DNA of 64,000 nucleotides, from positions 3,214 to 67,213 of the forward strand of contig CANSII010000004.1 in the NCBI GenBank assembly GCA_947646915.1. Reading direction: 5' to 3'. The position numbers and the translations under genes were made by a program. Positions 22,252 to 31,478 of the stretch are shown here, in pieces. How positions within the stretch are numbered: position 1 is the first letter of the stretch; every line of letters begins with the position of its first letter. A model generated the notes under the pieces. That model saw only the letters and a program-made list of their open reading frames with translations, ran no database searches and had not been told where the DNA came from. The DNA is from an uncultured Clostridium sp. (GTDB taxonomy: Bacteria; Bacillota; Clostridia; TANB77; CAG-508).

Positions 22252-23367
22252 TTAATAATTATTTTCACTCAAATTTGGATAAGTAAACACCTTACCATCT
22301 TGTGTAAATTGACCTTCTGGATGATGATTATTACTAAACTCATTTTCACCCTTTAAAAAATATTTATATTTTAGAGAATTTGTAAGTATACCACCACCAA
22401 TCAAAATTGGATCATCCCAAGTACAATCAATAGCATACCAAATACCATTTATCTGAACATAATTCCATGCATGATTTTCCGTTTGTCCTTTTGAATTTGT
22501 TGCTTTACCAATTATAATAACAGAAGGAATGTCTAAAGCATCCATTAACACCTTAAAAGCTTCTGCATATCCCTCACAAACACACTTTTTATTTACTAAA
22601 GCACCATAAATATTATATATATTATCCTCAGAAACAGAAGTATCATATTCAATGCTCTCAACCAAATAATCATGAACTACTTTAATATTTGCATATGTAT
22701 CCACCTTTTTATTCTGAACAAAATATCTTTTTACTTTCTCAATTTCATTCAATGCTACCTCTACATGTTGCTGTGTAGGAAACTCATCAAACAAATAATT
22801 CTCAGATTCACCTTGATTCAAATATACTCTATATGTAACTTTATTTAATCTTTTAGTAGTTTCTATATTCAAACGAACTTTTGAAAAATCTATATAAAAT
22901 GTATCTAGATTATCATATGTATAAGCCTCTATAGCAGATTGATAATAATCTCCTAAGATCTCTTGCCCATTAGATTTAGAAAGTATATCTGAAAATACTG
23001 TTCCAAAATTAATTTCATATGTTCCTGTCTTCATATTATCTTTATTTTTTTCTAAAGCATCATATAATATTTTTGAATAATTATCTAGTTGATTATAAAA
23101 AAACTTTTTAGATGCATTATTACTCGTTTCTTCAATTTGATTTCTAACTTCGCCTGAAGACAACAAATTTTCAGATACCTCAGGTGATTGAATTTCTCCT
23201 TCTTTGTTTTCTCCAGCTATTATTATATTAGATACAAATGATTGAACTTCATCAACTATATCTGTTTTATTTATATCATTATATATTATTATTCCTAATA
23301 CTATCAATATTGCAAATATTAATATTGTTATAACTGTCATAATAAATGATGTAATTTTACTTTTCAT
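22252..23367 (-). CDS. membrane-anchored transglutaminase-like cysteine protease domain protein
   Basis: 371 aa with an N-terminal TM. C..GYA...H.WN...D catalytic pattern (KKCVCEGYAEAF, ENHAWNYVQINGIWYAIDCTWDD). Confidence 0.75.
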   Translation of the reverse strand: MKSKITSFIMTVITILIFAILIVLGIIIYNDINKTDIVDEVQSFVSNIIIAGENKEGEIQSPEVSENLLSSGEVRNQIEETSNNASKKFFYNQLDNYSKILYDALEKNKDNMKTGTYEINFGTVFSDILSKSNGQEILGDYYQSAIEAYTYDNLDTFYIDFSKVRLNIETTKRLNKVTYRVYLNQGESENYLFDEFPTQQHVEVALNEIEKVKRYFVQNKKVDTYANIKVVHDYLVESIEYDTSVSEDNIYNIYGALVNKKCVCEGYAEAFKVLMDALDIPSVIIIGKATNSKGQTENHAWNYVQINGIWYAIDCTWDDPILIGGGILTNSLKYKYFLKGENEFSNNHHPEGQFTQDGKVFTYPNLSENNY

Positions 23368-23482
23368 TTTTTCAACTCTCTTTCATATATAGTAGTTTAA
23401 ACTAATTTTATTATATCATTTTCTCTTGTTAAAAACTAGTATATTTTCAATTTTTTTGGTAATAATATGTCTAAATAAATTT

Positions 23483-23589
23483 GTCCATTAGGGACGTTTC
23501 TTTTTGGGCAAAAATGTTCATTTTGGGACACATCTTTAAGATTGGAGAATTTTGAACAAAAATGTCCAAAAAGAAACGTCCCTAATGGA
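23483..23589. repeat. 25-bp perfect inverted repeat pair upstream of the germination operon
   Basis: GTCCATTAGGGACGTTTCTTTTTGG (23483..23507) and its exact reverse complement CCAAAAAGAAACGTCCCTAATGGAC (23565..23589), with a 57-bp spacer. Confidence 0.7.
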
Positions 23590-23617
23590 CATAATGGAAG
23601 GGAGAGCTATGTAAAAT

Positions 23618-25321
23618 ATGAACATAACAAATTTACTTAAAAATATATTTACTTACACACCACCAAAAAACTATAGTTTTGTATTACCAGATATAGCAAT
23701 GGATAACAACTCAGATATTAAAAAAAATATACAAACAGAAAAAAAAGAAGAAAAAAACATATCTCCAAATTTAGATACAAACTTAAATTTTATAAAAACG
23801 AGATATAATTTACTAATAAATAGTGATATTATAACACGTGAATTTACATTAAATGTCAAAGGTCAGCAATATAAAGCATTTTTATTATATATAGATGGAA
23901 TGGTAGATTCTCAAATTCTAAATGATTTTGTTTTAAAGCCATTAATGATTCATAATAACATCAATCAATCTAGTAATAATAAAAACAGAATAATTTCTGA
24001 ATCTGTAGATAACAATAATGTAACTATTAGAAAAGTTAAGAAATTTAATTTATCTGATTTTATTGAAAGCTGTTTAGTACCACAAAATAATATAAAGCAA
24101 AGCAATTCTTTCAATGATATTATATCAGGCGTAAACTCAGGAAACTGTGCACTTTTTGTTGATAGTCTTAATATTGCATATGATATTGATGTAAAAGGAT
24201 TTAAACAAAGGGGTATTGATAAGCCTGAAAATGAGATTGTAATAAAAGGACCCCATGAAGCATTTGTTGAAAATATTCGTACAAATACTTCTTTATTAAG
24301 GCGTTTTACAAATAATGAGAATTTAGTTATTGAAAGCTTAGATGCAGGCAAAATAACAAAGACTAAATGTGCTGTATGTTATATGCAAAATATTGCAAAT
24401 AGTGATTTAGTTGCTGAGGTTAAATATAGAATAAATAATTTAGATATAGATTCTCTTTTATCATCAGGTCAATTAGAGCAGTTAATAAGTGATAATAATT
24501 CTTTAGGATTACCTAAAACAATTTCTACAGAAAGACCTGATAATGCAGCTCAACATTTATTAGAAGGTAGAGTTATAGTATTAGTAAATGGTTCCCCTTT
24601 TGCATTAATATTTCCTGCTATAATGATAGATTTTCTTACATCTCCTGAAGATAGAAATTTAAAAACTATATTTTCAAATTTTTTAAGAGTTATAAGAATA
24701 CTTTCTGCTTTTTTTGCTTTATTATTACCTGGATTATATGTTTCTGTAACAAGTTTTCATATTGAAATATTACCAACTGAATTACTTTATTCAATATTAG
24801 CTGCTAGAGAAAGTGTTCCTTTCCCAGTTATATTTGAAATTTTGATAATGGAAATATCTTTTGAAATTATAAGAGAGGCCAGCCTTAGAGTTCCTTCTGC
24901 TATTGGTTCTACAATTGGTATTGTTGGTGCATTAGTTATAGGTCAAGCTGCTGTTAGTGCTGGTATTGTAAGTCCTATACTAGTAATTATTGTCGCAATT
25001 ACTGCTTTAAGTTCATTTGCAATCCCTGACTATACTTTTAGTTTCCATTTAAGATTATTTAGATTTTTATTTATCTTACTGGGTTATATTGCAGGATTCT
25101 TAGGTATTGGCACAGGTTTATTTGTGTATCTATCTATTATTTGTGATATGGAATCTTTTGGTGTTTCTTATTCTTTACCTTATTCTAGTATGGAAAGTCT
25201 AAAAAGTACTGGTATAATACTTCCTCCTATTTGGAAAAGAGAATATAGAGCATCTTATCTTGCTACTAAGAAAGATAAAAAGCAAGAAAAAATTTCTATG
25301 AAGTGGAAGGTTGGAGATTAG
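23618..25321 (+). CDS. spore germination protein, GerA (A-subunit) family
   Basis: 567 aa. Soluble N-terminal domain plus C-terminal multi-TM region, GerAA/GerKA-like (GPHEAFVENIRTNTSLLRR, PELLYSILAARESVPFP-type motifs). First gene of an A-B-C operon. Confidence 0.9.
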   Translation: MNITNLLKNIFTYTPPKNYSFVLPDIAMDNNSDIKKNIQTEKKEEKNISPNLDTNLNFIKTRYNLLINSDIITREFTLNVKGQQYKAFLLYIDGMVDSQILNDFVLKPLMIHNNINQSSNNKNRIISESVDNNNVTIRKVKKFNLSDFIESCLVPQNNIKQSNSFNDIISGVNSGNCALFVDSLNIAYDIDVKGFKQRGIDKPENEIVIKGPHEAFVENIRTNTSLLRRFTNNENLVIESLDAGKITKTKCAVCYMQNIANSDLVAEVKYRINNLDIDSLLSSGQLEQLISDNNSLGLPKTISTERPDNAAQHLLEGRVIVLVNGSPFALIFPAIMIDFLTSPEDRNLKTIFSNFLRVIRILSAFFALLLPGLYVSVTSFHIEILPTELLYSILAARESVPFPVIFEILIMEISFEIIREASLRVPSAIGSTIGIVGALVIGQAAVSAGIVSPILVIIVAITALSSFAIPDYTFSFHLRLFRFLFILLGYIAGFLGIGTGLFVYLSIICDMESFGVSYSLPYSSMESLKSTGIILPPIWKREYRASYLATKKDKKQEKISMKWKVGD

Positions 25322-25396
25322 ATGTTAGAGGTTAGAATTTACATGTAAAAAGTTAGATATTCGAAATTAAATTTTGAGTTTGGAGGTGCCAAAAAA

Positions 25397-26500
25397 TTGG
25401 AAAAGTCAAAAAAAATTGGTACAATAAGTGCTATTATGTTAACACTATCTATTGCAGTTTCATATATAACCAGTTCATTACCTAGAACTTTTATAAATGA
25501 AACAAAATCTGCTACTTTATTAAATATAATATACATTACATTTATAGTATTATTTATTATACTGCTATTCTGTAATTTATTTAAGAAATTTCCTGGATTA
25601 GATATTTTAGATATTTCAAAATATTTGGGAGGGGATATATTAAAAAATATAGTTGGAGGTTTTTTTATAATTTATTTTACAGTAAGTTCTAGCATAATGT
25701 TAAGAAACTTTTGTGATAGTTTAGTTGTAGTTTATTACCCATTAACAAGTTATGTATTTGTAATTTTAATGTTTATATTATCTATAGCATTAGTAAATAG
25801 ACTTAGTTTTAATGCAACATTAAATGTTTCTTCAATAGTATTTCCATTAGTTTTGATAAGTGCAATATTATTATTTTTTGGAAACTTAGATAATTTTTCA
25901 TTTAGAAGAATTTATCCAATTTTAGGTGATGGATTTTATAATACATTTATTTTAGGTTTAAAGAATATTGGTGCTTTTGGAGGTATCTGTTACTTATATT
26001 TTTTTCCACCAATGTTAAAACAACCTGAAAAGTTCAAAAAAATAGCAGTAGTTTCTGTTATAGCAACAGGATTATTTATATTTTTATGTGTAGCTACATT
26101 GCTTTTTATGTTTTCATTTTTCTTAACAACTGATGAGGTGATGCCTTTATTCTCAGCTGCTAGATATATAGAGTTTGGTACATTCTTTCAAAGGTTTGAA
26201 TCAGTGTTTTTATTAATATGGATTATATCATTTTGTTGTTTTTTAAGTATTACTTGTAAATTTTCTACACATATATTTAACAAAATGTTTAATTTATCTG
26301 ATATTAAGCCTTTATCAATTATATTTATAATTTTAATTTTTGGAATATCATTAATTCCACAAAATTATGCTATGGCTAATTTTCTTGAAACTAATGTTTA
26401 TAGGTATTTGCGTATAGCAGTTGGTTTTGTTTTAGGAATAACTATACTAATATTTGCAAATTTAAAAAAATACAAAAAACATGTTAAATCTAATCTCTGA
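25397..26500 (+). CDS. spore germination protein, GerAB-type permease subunit
   Basis: 367 aa, about 10 TM segments, TTG start. Positioned between the A and C subunits. Confidence 0.85.
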   Translation: MEKSKKIGTISAIMLTLSIAVSYITSSLPRTFINETKSATLLNIIYITFIVLFIILLFCNLFKKFPGLDILDISKYLGGDILKNIVGGFFIIYFTVSSSIMLRNFCDSLVVVYYPLTSYVFVILMFILSIALVNRLSFNATLNVSSIVFPLVLISAILLFFGNLDNFSFRRIYPILGDGFYNTFILGLKNIGAFGGICYLYFFPPMLKQPEKFKKIAVVSVIATGLFIFLCVATLLFMFSFFLTTDEVMPLFSAARYIEFGTFFQRFESVFLLIWIISFCCFLSITCKFSTHIFNKMFNLSDIKPLSIIFIILIFGISLIPQNYAMANFLETNVYRYLRIAVGFVLGITILIFANLKKYKKHVKSNL

Positions 26501-26575
26501 TTTATTACTCTAAGCTCTAACAAGTAATGTTTTTACATTTAGGAAATGCGATTTTCTAAATGTATAAGAAAGTAG

Positions 26576-27799
26576 GTGACAAAAATTAGTATTATATTAA
26601 AAAGAATTTTTATATTAATTATAATAATTATACTAATATCTAGTTTTTCTGCATCATACAATTCACTTAATTTGGATAATTTAGCATTTGCTGTTGCTAT
26701 TGGAATTGATAAATCTACTTCTAATAAATTAAAAGTAACTTTTGAATTTCTAGCCCCATCTGCAAGTAGTGAAAGTGGAGGCGAAACAAAACCTATTCTT
26801 AATACTGTAGAATGTTCATCAATAACAAATGGTATTAATATAATGAATGCTTATTTAGGTAAAAAAGTTAATTTATCACACTGTAAACTTATTATTTTTT
26901 CAGAAGAATTAGCAAAAGAAGGAATTTCTGATGAAGTATATTCCTTAATAAATGAAGTTCAAATAAGGCCTTCTGCAAATATTGTTGTCAGTAAATGTAA
27001 TTCTAAATATTACATTGAAAATTCAGTTCCTAGCTTAGAAAGTCTAATTCCTAGATATTATGATATATTCCCTAATACAAGTGAATATACAGGTTATACA
27101 TGTAATGCGACTATAGGTGATTTCTTTAATGCTTTAGTTTGCAATTCTTGTTCACCTTATGCTATATTAGGCGGAATAAACTCATTAGATACAGATTCTT
27201 CTCAAACTCAAACTTCTGATGATTCTATTATAAAATCAAATGAAAGTCCAATAACAGGAAATAGAGCAACTCAAAATATAGGTTTGGCTGTTTTTAAAGA
27301 TGATAAATTGGCAGGAGAATTAAATGCAATTGAAACAATATGTTTTTTAAATATGAGAAAAGAAGTTGATACTTTTCTTGTATCTATTCCAAATCCACAA
27401 GATTCAAAATCAAAAATTGATTTGTATTTAACACCTAATAGTACTCATAAAATTGATGTTAGTTTTGTTAATGGTTCTCCATATATTAAAATAAATTTTG
27501 AATTTTCAGGAAAAATATATTCTATGAGCAAAAATTCTCAATATCTTGATAATGATATTTTAGATGCAATTTCAGACTCTTGCAATAATTATTTAAAAGA
27601 TCAGTTTTCTAACTATCTATACAAGACTTCTACTGTTTTTGAAAGTGATATTAATGGTTTGGGTACTTATGCTCTTTCCAAGTTTACTACTTCTTCTGAA
27701 TTTAATGATTATAATTGGTTGAATAATTATAAAAATTCTAGCTTTGATGTTAATATTAAAACTGTTATTGATTCTGGCTTTTTATTAACTCAGACTTAA
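26576..27799 (+). CDS. Ger(x)C-family germination lipoprotein
   Basis: 407 aa, GTG start. N-terminal signal/TM, a DNLAFAVAIGIDK motif and the size are typical of GerAC-type subunits. Confidence 0.85.
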   Translation: MTKISIILKRIFILIIIIILISSFSASYNSLNLDNLAFAVAIGIDKSTSNKLKVTFEFLAPSASSESGGETKPILNTVECSSITNGINIMNAYLGKKVNLSHCKLIIFSEELAKEGISDEVYSLINEVQIRPSANIVVSKCNSKYYIENSVPSLESLIPRYYDIFPNTSEYTGYTCNATIGDFFNALVCNSCSPYAILGGINSLDTDSSQTQTSDDSIIKSNESPITGNRATQNIGLAVFKDDKLAGELNAIETICFLNMRKEVDTFLVSIPNPQDSKSKIDLYLTPNSTHKIDVSFVNGSPYIKINFEFSGKIYSMSKNSQYLDNDILDAISDSCNNYLKDQFSNYLYKTSTVFESDINGLGTYALSKFTTSSEFNDYNWLNNYKNSSFDVNIKTVIDSGFLLTQT

Positions 27800-27836
27800 A
27801 TATATTTAAAGATTGATTGGAGGTTTGGTCTTTTAT

Positions 27837-28013
27837 ATGAATTTACTTTTTCATTTTGTTTTTGTTATTGTTACTGTTTTTATTTTGATTAAAACTATTT
27901 TTTATGGCCTGTTTGAAATTAATTCTCAAAATAATAAATCTGGTGGTATTGCTGTTATTTGTTTTTCTATTATTGTTACTGTTTTTGCTAATATAATGGT
28001 GTTTTTGAGATAA
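27837..28013 (+). CDS. small two-TM membrane protein (possible germinant-receptor accessory subunit)
   Basis: 58 aa from ATG 27837 (GGAGG at 27819..27823). Hydrophobic. Immediately follows gerC. Confidence 0.4.
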   Translation: MNLLFHFVFVIVTVFILIKTIFYGLFEINSQNNKSGGIAVICFSIIVTVFANIMVFLR

Positions 28014-28116
28014 AAATTAAACTAATTATTCACACATTATTAACAAGTTTGAATAATTAGTTTAATTAATTTTTATAATAGGGATATCATATAAATTGGT
28101 AAATATACAATTTCAT

Positions 28117-28329
28117 TTAAGTTTCGATTTTTTATTTTTCAAACTTTATTATAGAAAAAAGATATATATTATAAAGCGAGTTTGACAGTAAGTAGTTATT
28201 AACTTTAAGTAATTATAGTGTGTCTCTAAGGTTTGATTGTTCAGTATCTTAAACGCCTTGGAAAACAGAGCTGAATAATATATATCTTTTTTCTAAATAT
28301 TATATTTTTTGCAAAAAGTCGAAACTTAA
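28117..28329 (+). repeat. Intergenic core-hairpin repeat, copy 6 (complete, two-tier O-type arms)
   Basis: TTAAGTTTCGATTTTTT...TAGAAAAAAGATATATAT-TATAAAGCGAGTTTGACAG...TTATAGTGTGTCTCTAAGG...CAGTATCTTAAACGCCTTGGAAAACAGAGCTGAATA-ATATATATCTTTTTTCTA...AAAAAGTCGAAACTTAA. Confidence 0.85.
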
Positions 28330-28399
28330 AACAATTCCATTTTCTTCTTTTAAATCTCCAGTATGAAGAACATATGGAATATATAATTGTACCTCTATA

Positions 28400-30520
28400 T
28401 TATTTTACAATTTCAAAATCAATTTGTCTTAAAATTTTATTTGCAGAAATAACCCTAATATTAACTTTATCACCAATCTTATAAGTAATATTAGTTTTCT
28501 CTCCTATCAATCTCTTTCGTTCTTCATCATATATAAAATACTCATCTCCTAAGTTTTCAAATCTAATAAGACCTTCAACAGTATTTTCTAGTTCAACAAA
28601 AATTCCAAATTGAGTTACAGAAGAAACAATACCCTCATATTCCTCACCAATTTTATTTTGCATAAATTCTGCCTTTTTCAAATCCTCACTATCTCTTTCT
28701 ACTTTTGTAGCTACTTTTTCCCTCTCTGATGAAGATGTAGCTCGTTGCTCTGCTTTTTCTTTGTATTCATCTATAAAGTTTTCATCAACAACATAATTAT
28801 CTTCTAAATATTTTGATATCACTCTGTGTATAAATAAATCTGGATATCTTCTTATTGGTGATGTAAAATGACAATAATATTTACTTGCAATACCAAAATG
28901 CCCTTTATTTTCTGAATCGTATTTTGCTAGTTTTAAAGTTCTTAATATTAAAGTAGAAATTACTCTTTCTTCTTCTTTTCCTTTTATATCTTCTAATATT
29001 TTTGATACTTCTGTTGGATAAACCTTTTCATTAGTAATCTTTATTTTTAATCCAAAATTAAATAAAAACTTATTTAACTCCTTTACTTTATCTAAGTCAG
29101 GTTCCTCATGTACTCTATATATAAATGGAGCTTCTAACCAATAAAACTTTTCAGCAATTGCTTCATTTGCACTTAACATGAATTGTTCTATTATTTCATT
29201 ACTAAAACTTGTTTCATATTTTCCTACATTTATTGCAAATCCTTCTTGATCTAATTCAATTTTACTTTCTGGTATATCTAAATTTAAATACCCTTGTTCT
29301 AATCTTCTATTTTTTAAAATTAGTGCAAGTTCTTCCATTAATTCAAAATCTTTAATATACTTCTCATATTTTTTTAAGACTTCTTTATCAGATTTATCTA
29401 ATATTTTTTGAACATCATGATAATTCATTCTTTCTGTCACATTTATAATTCCTTTATATACCTCTGCTGAAACGTTTTTTCCTTGTTTATCTATTTCCAT
29501 TGAACATGATAATGTAAGTCTATCTTCTCCTGCATTTAAGCTACATATTCCATTTGATAGTTCTCTTGGTAACATTGGTATAACTCTACTTAACATATAT
29601 ATACTTGTTCCTCTAATTTGAGCTTCTTTATCTAGTAAGCTTCCTTCTTTAACATAGTAACTGACATCCGCTATATGAACATCTAATCTATAATTTCCAT
29701 TTTCTAATTTTGTTACTCTTACAGCATCATCTAAATCTTTTGCATCTTCTCCATCTATTGTAAATATTATATGTTCTCTACAATCTACTCTATTTGATAT
29801 ATCCTTTTTATCAACTTTATTTCCACATCTTTTTGCTTCTTCTACAACTGGTTCAGGGAATTTTGAGGGCAAATTATATTCTTTTATTAAAGATAACATG
29901 TCTACTCCAGCTTGATTTGGTTTTCCTAATACTTCTATAACTTTTCCTTCTGCATTTTTGCCTTTTTCAGGGTATTTAGTTATTTGAACTAATACTTTAT
30001 GTCCATTTCTAGCTTTTCCAAAATTGTTTTTTGATATAAATATGTCTGTTCCTAAACTTCTATCATCAGGTACAACAAATGCAAAATTTTCATTTTTTTG
30101 AAATGTTCCAACTACTGTATTTTTCTCATGTTTTATTATTTTTATTATTTTTCCTTCTGCATTTTTCACTTTATTTTTTTCTTCTATTATTTCTACTATT
30201 ACTTTATCTCCATTTAATGCTCTTAACGAGTTTTCTTTTGATATATATATTTCATCTTCTTTATTTTCTATTTTTACAAATCCAAATCCTTTTTGATTTT
30301 TCCTGTATATTCCTTCTTGATAGTTCTCTCCTATTATTTTATATCTATTTTTTCTGTTTTTTACTATTTTAAAATTTTCTTCTAATTCTTTTATTGTTTC
30401 ATCAAATTCTCTATATTCTTTTTTTGGTACTCCTAATATACTTGCTATTTCTTTTGCTTTCATTGGTGTGTATTCTTCGTCTTTCATAAATGCTAAAATT
30501 ATTTCTTGCTTTTTATTCAT
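28400..30520 (-). CDS. rnr: ribonuclease R
   Basis: 706 aa. RNB domain (FTIDGEDAKDLDDAV, HFGIASKYYCHFTSPIRRYPD) and a C-terminal S1 domain (GIVSSVTQFGIFVEL). Confidence 0.97.
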   Translation of the reverse strand: MNKKQEIILAFMKDEEYTPMKAKEIASILGVPKKEYREFDETIKELEENFKIVKNRKNRYKIIGENYQEGIYRKNQKGFGFVKIENKEDEIYISKENSLRALNGDKVIVEIIEEKNKVKNAEGKIIKIIKHEKNTVVGTFQKNENFAFVVPDDRSLGTDIFISKNNFGKARNGHKVLVQITKYPEKGKNAEGKVIEVLGKPNQAGVDMLSLIKEYNLPSKFPEPVVEEAKRCGNKVDKKDISNRVDCREHIIFTIDGEDAKDLDDAVRVTKLENGNYRLDVHIADVSYYVKEGSLLDKEAQIRGTSIYMLSRVIPMLPRELSNGICSLNAGEDRLTLSCSMEIDKQGKNVSAEVYKGIINVTERMNYHDVQKILDKSDKEVLKKYEKYIKDFELMEELALILKNRRLEQGYLNLDIPESKIELDQEGFAINVGKYETSFSNEIIEQFMLSANEAIAEKFYWLEAPFIYRVHEEPDLDKVKELNKFLFNFGLKIKITNEKVYPTEVSKILEDIKGKEEERVISTLILRTLKLAKYDSENKGHFGIASKYYCHFTSPIRRYPDLFIHRVISKYLEDNYVVDENFIDEYKEKAEQRATSSSEREKVATKVERDSEDLKKAEFMQNKIGEEYEGIVSSVTQFGIFVELENTVEGLIRFENLGDEYFIYDEERKRLIGEKTNITYKIGDKVNIRVISANKILRQIDFEIVK

Positions 30521-30592
30521 ATCTATTCTCTCTCCTTCACTTTGCTCACTTCATCTTTTAAAGTATTTCTTTAGAAATTAAAACTATTAAAT

Positions 30593-30703
30593 ATCTAATA
30601 ATATAATTTAAGTAAATGAGTTCGACCATGAGTTGTTTTTTACTTTAAGTCATTATAATGTGTCTCTAAAATATAATTGTTCAGTATTTTAAATGCCTTG
30701 GAT
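30593..30703 (+). repeat. Intergenic core-hairpin repeat, copy 7 (P-like left arm plus core; right arm missing)
   Basis: ATCTAATAATATAATTTAAGTAAATGAGTTCGACCATGAGTTG...CATTATAATGTGTCTCTAAAATATAATTGTTCAGTATTTTAAATGCCTTGGA. Confidence 0.75.
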
Positions 30704-30816
30704 GCTGTAGTTGTTCAAAACAATAGTGAGTTTCATACCTTAAAGTTGCATAGTTCTTCCTATATTATAAAAAGAGGCATAAATAAAAATTCACATTTTA
30801 TTCATCCCCCTTTGTT

Positions 30817-31065
30817 TTATGCTAAATATAATATTCCTAATACTATTGTTAATATTGCAAATACTATTGTAAGTATTATTGTCCATCTTTTTTGTCTTCC
30901 TTCTTTTGTTCTTCCTTTATTTTTTTCATAAAAATTATTTGTTGATGAACCTGTTATTGTTGATGATACTACTTCATCTTGCTTTGTTTGCATTAATGCT
31001 AATATTATTATTGCAAATGATATAACAAAATATACTACTGTTATTATTGTTCTAGCTATTTCCAT
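30817..31065 (-). CDS. secG: preprotein translocase subunit SecG
   Basis: 82 aa, two TM segments, LMQ.K motif (ALMQTKQDE). Classical secG-rnr synteny. Confidence 0.8.
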   Translation of the reverse strand: MEIARTIITVVYFVISFAIIILALMQTKQDEVVSSTITGSSTNNFYEKNKGRTKEGRQKRWTIILTIVFAILTIVLGILYLA

Positions 31066-31146
31066 TTTTTATTCCTCCCTGTTGTTTCCTTTTTTTCTTT
31101 ACATATTCTAACATATAAATATTTAAATTGCAATAGGCACATTTTC

Positions 31147-31389
31147 TTTAAGTTTGGGTTTTTTAAGATTTTCATTTTAAGTTTTGGCATTTTGCAAAAA
31201 ATATATTATATAGAGAAAAGATATATATTATTCAGCTCTGTTTTCCAAGGTGTTTAAGATATTGAACATTCAAACCTTAGAGACACACTATAATGACTTA
31301 AAGTGAATAACGACTCACTGTCAAACTCGCTTTATAATATATATCTTTTTTCTATAATAAAGTTTGAAAAATAAAAAACCGAGGCTTAA
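31147..31389 (-). repeat. Intergenic core-hairpin repeat, copy 8 (complete O-type, inverted relative to copy 6; one terminal arm duplicated)
   Basis: Its reverse complement aligns end to end with 28117..28329 (roughly 90 percent identity by eye). There is an extra TTAAGTTTGGGTTTTTT at 31147. Confidence 0.85.
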
Positions 31390-31478
31390 AGATTTACATA
31401 ATTTTACTTTTAGACAAAATTATAATATAATTAATACTAATTAAAGGCTAAATAAAAAAATATTTATATTAATTAAAT

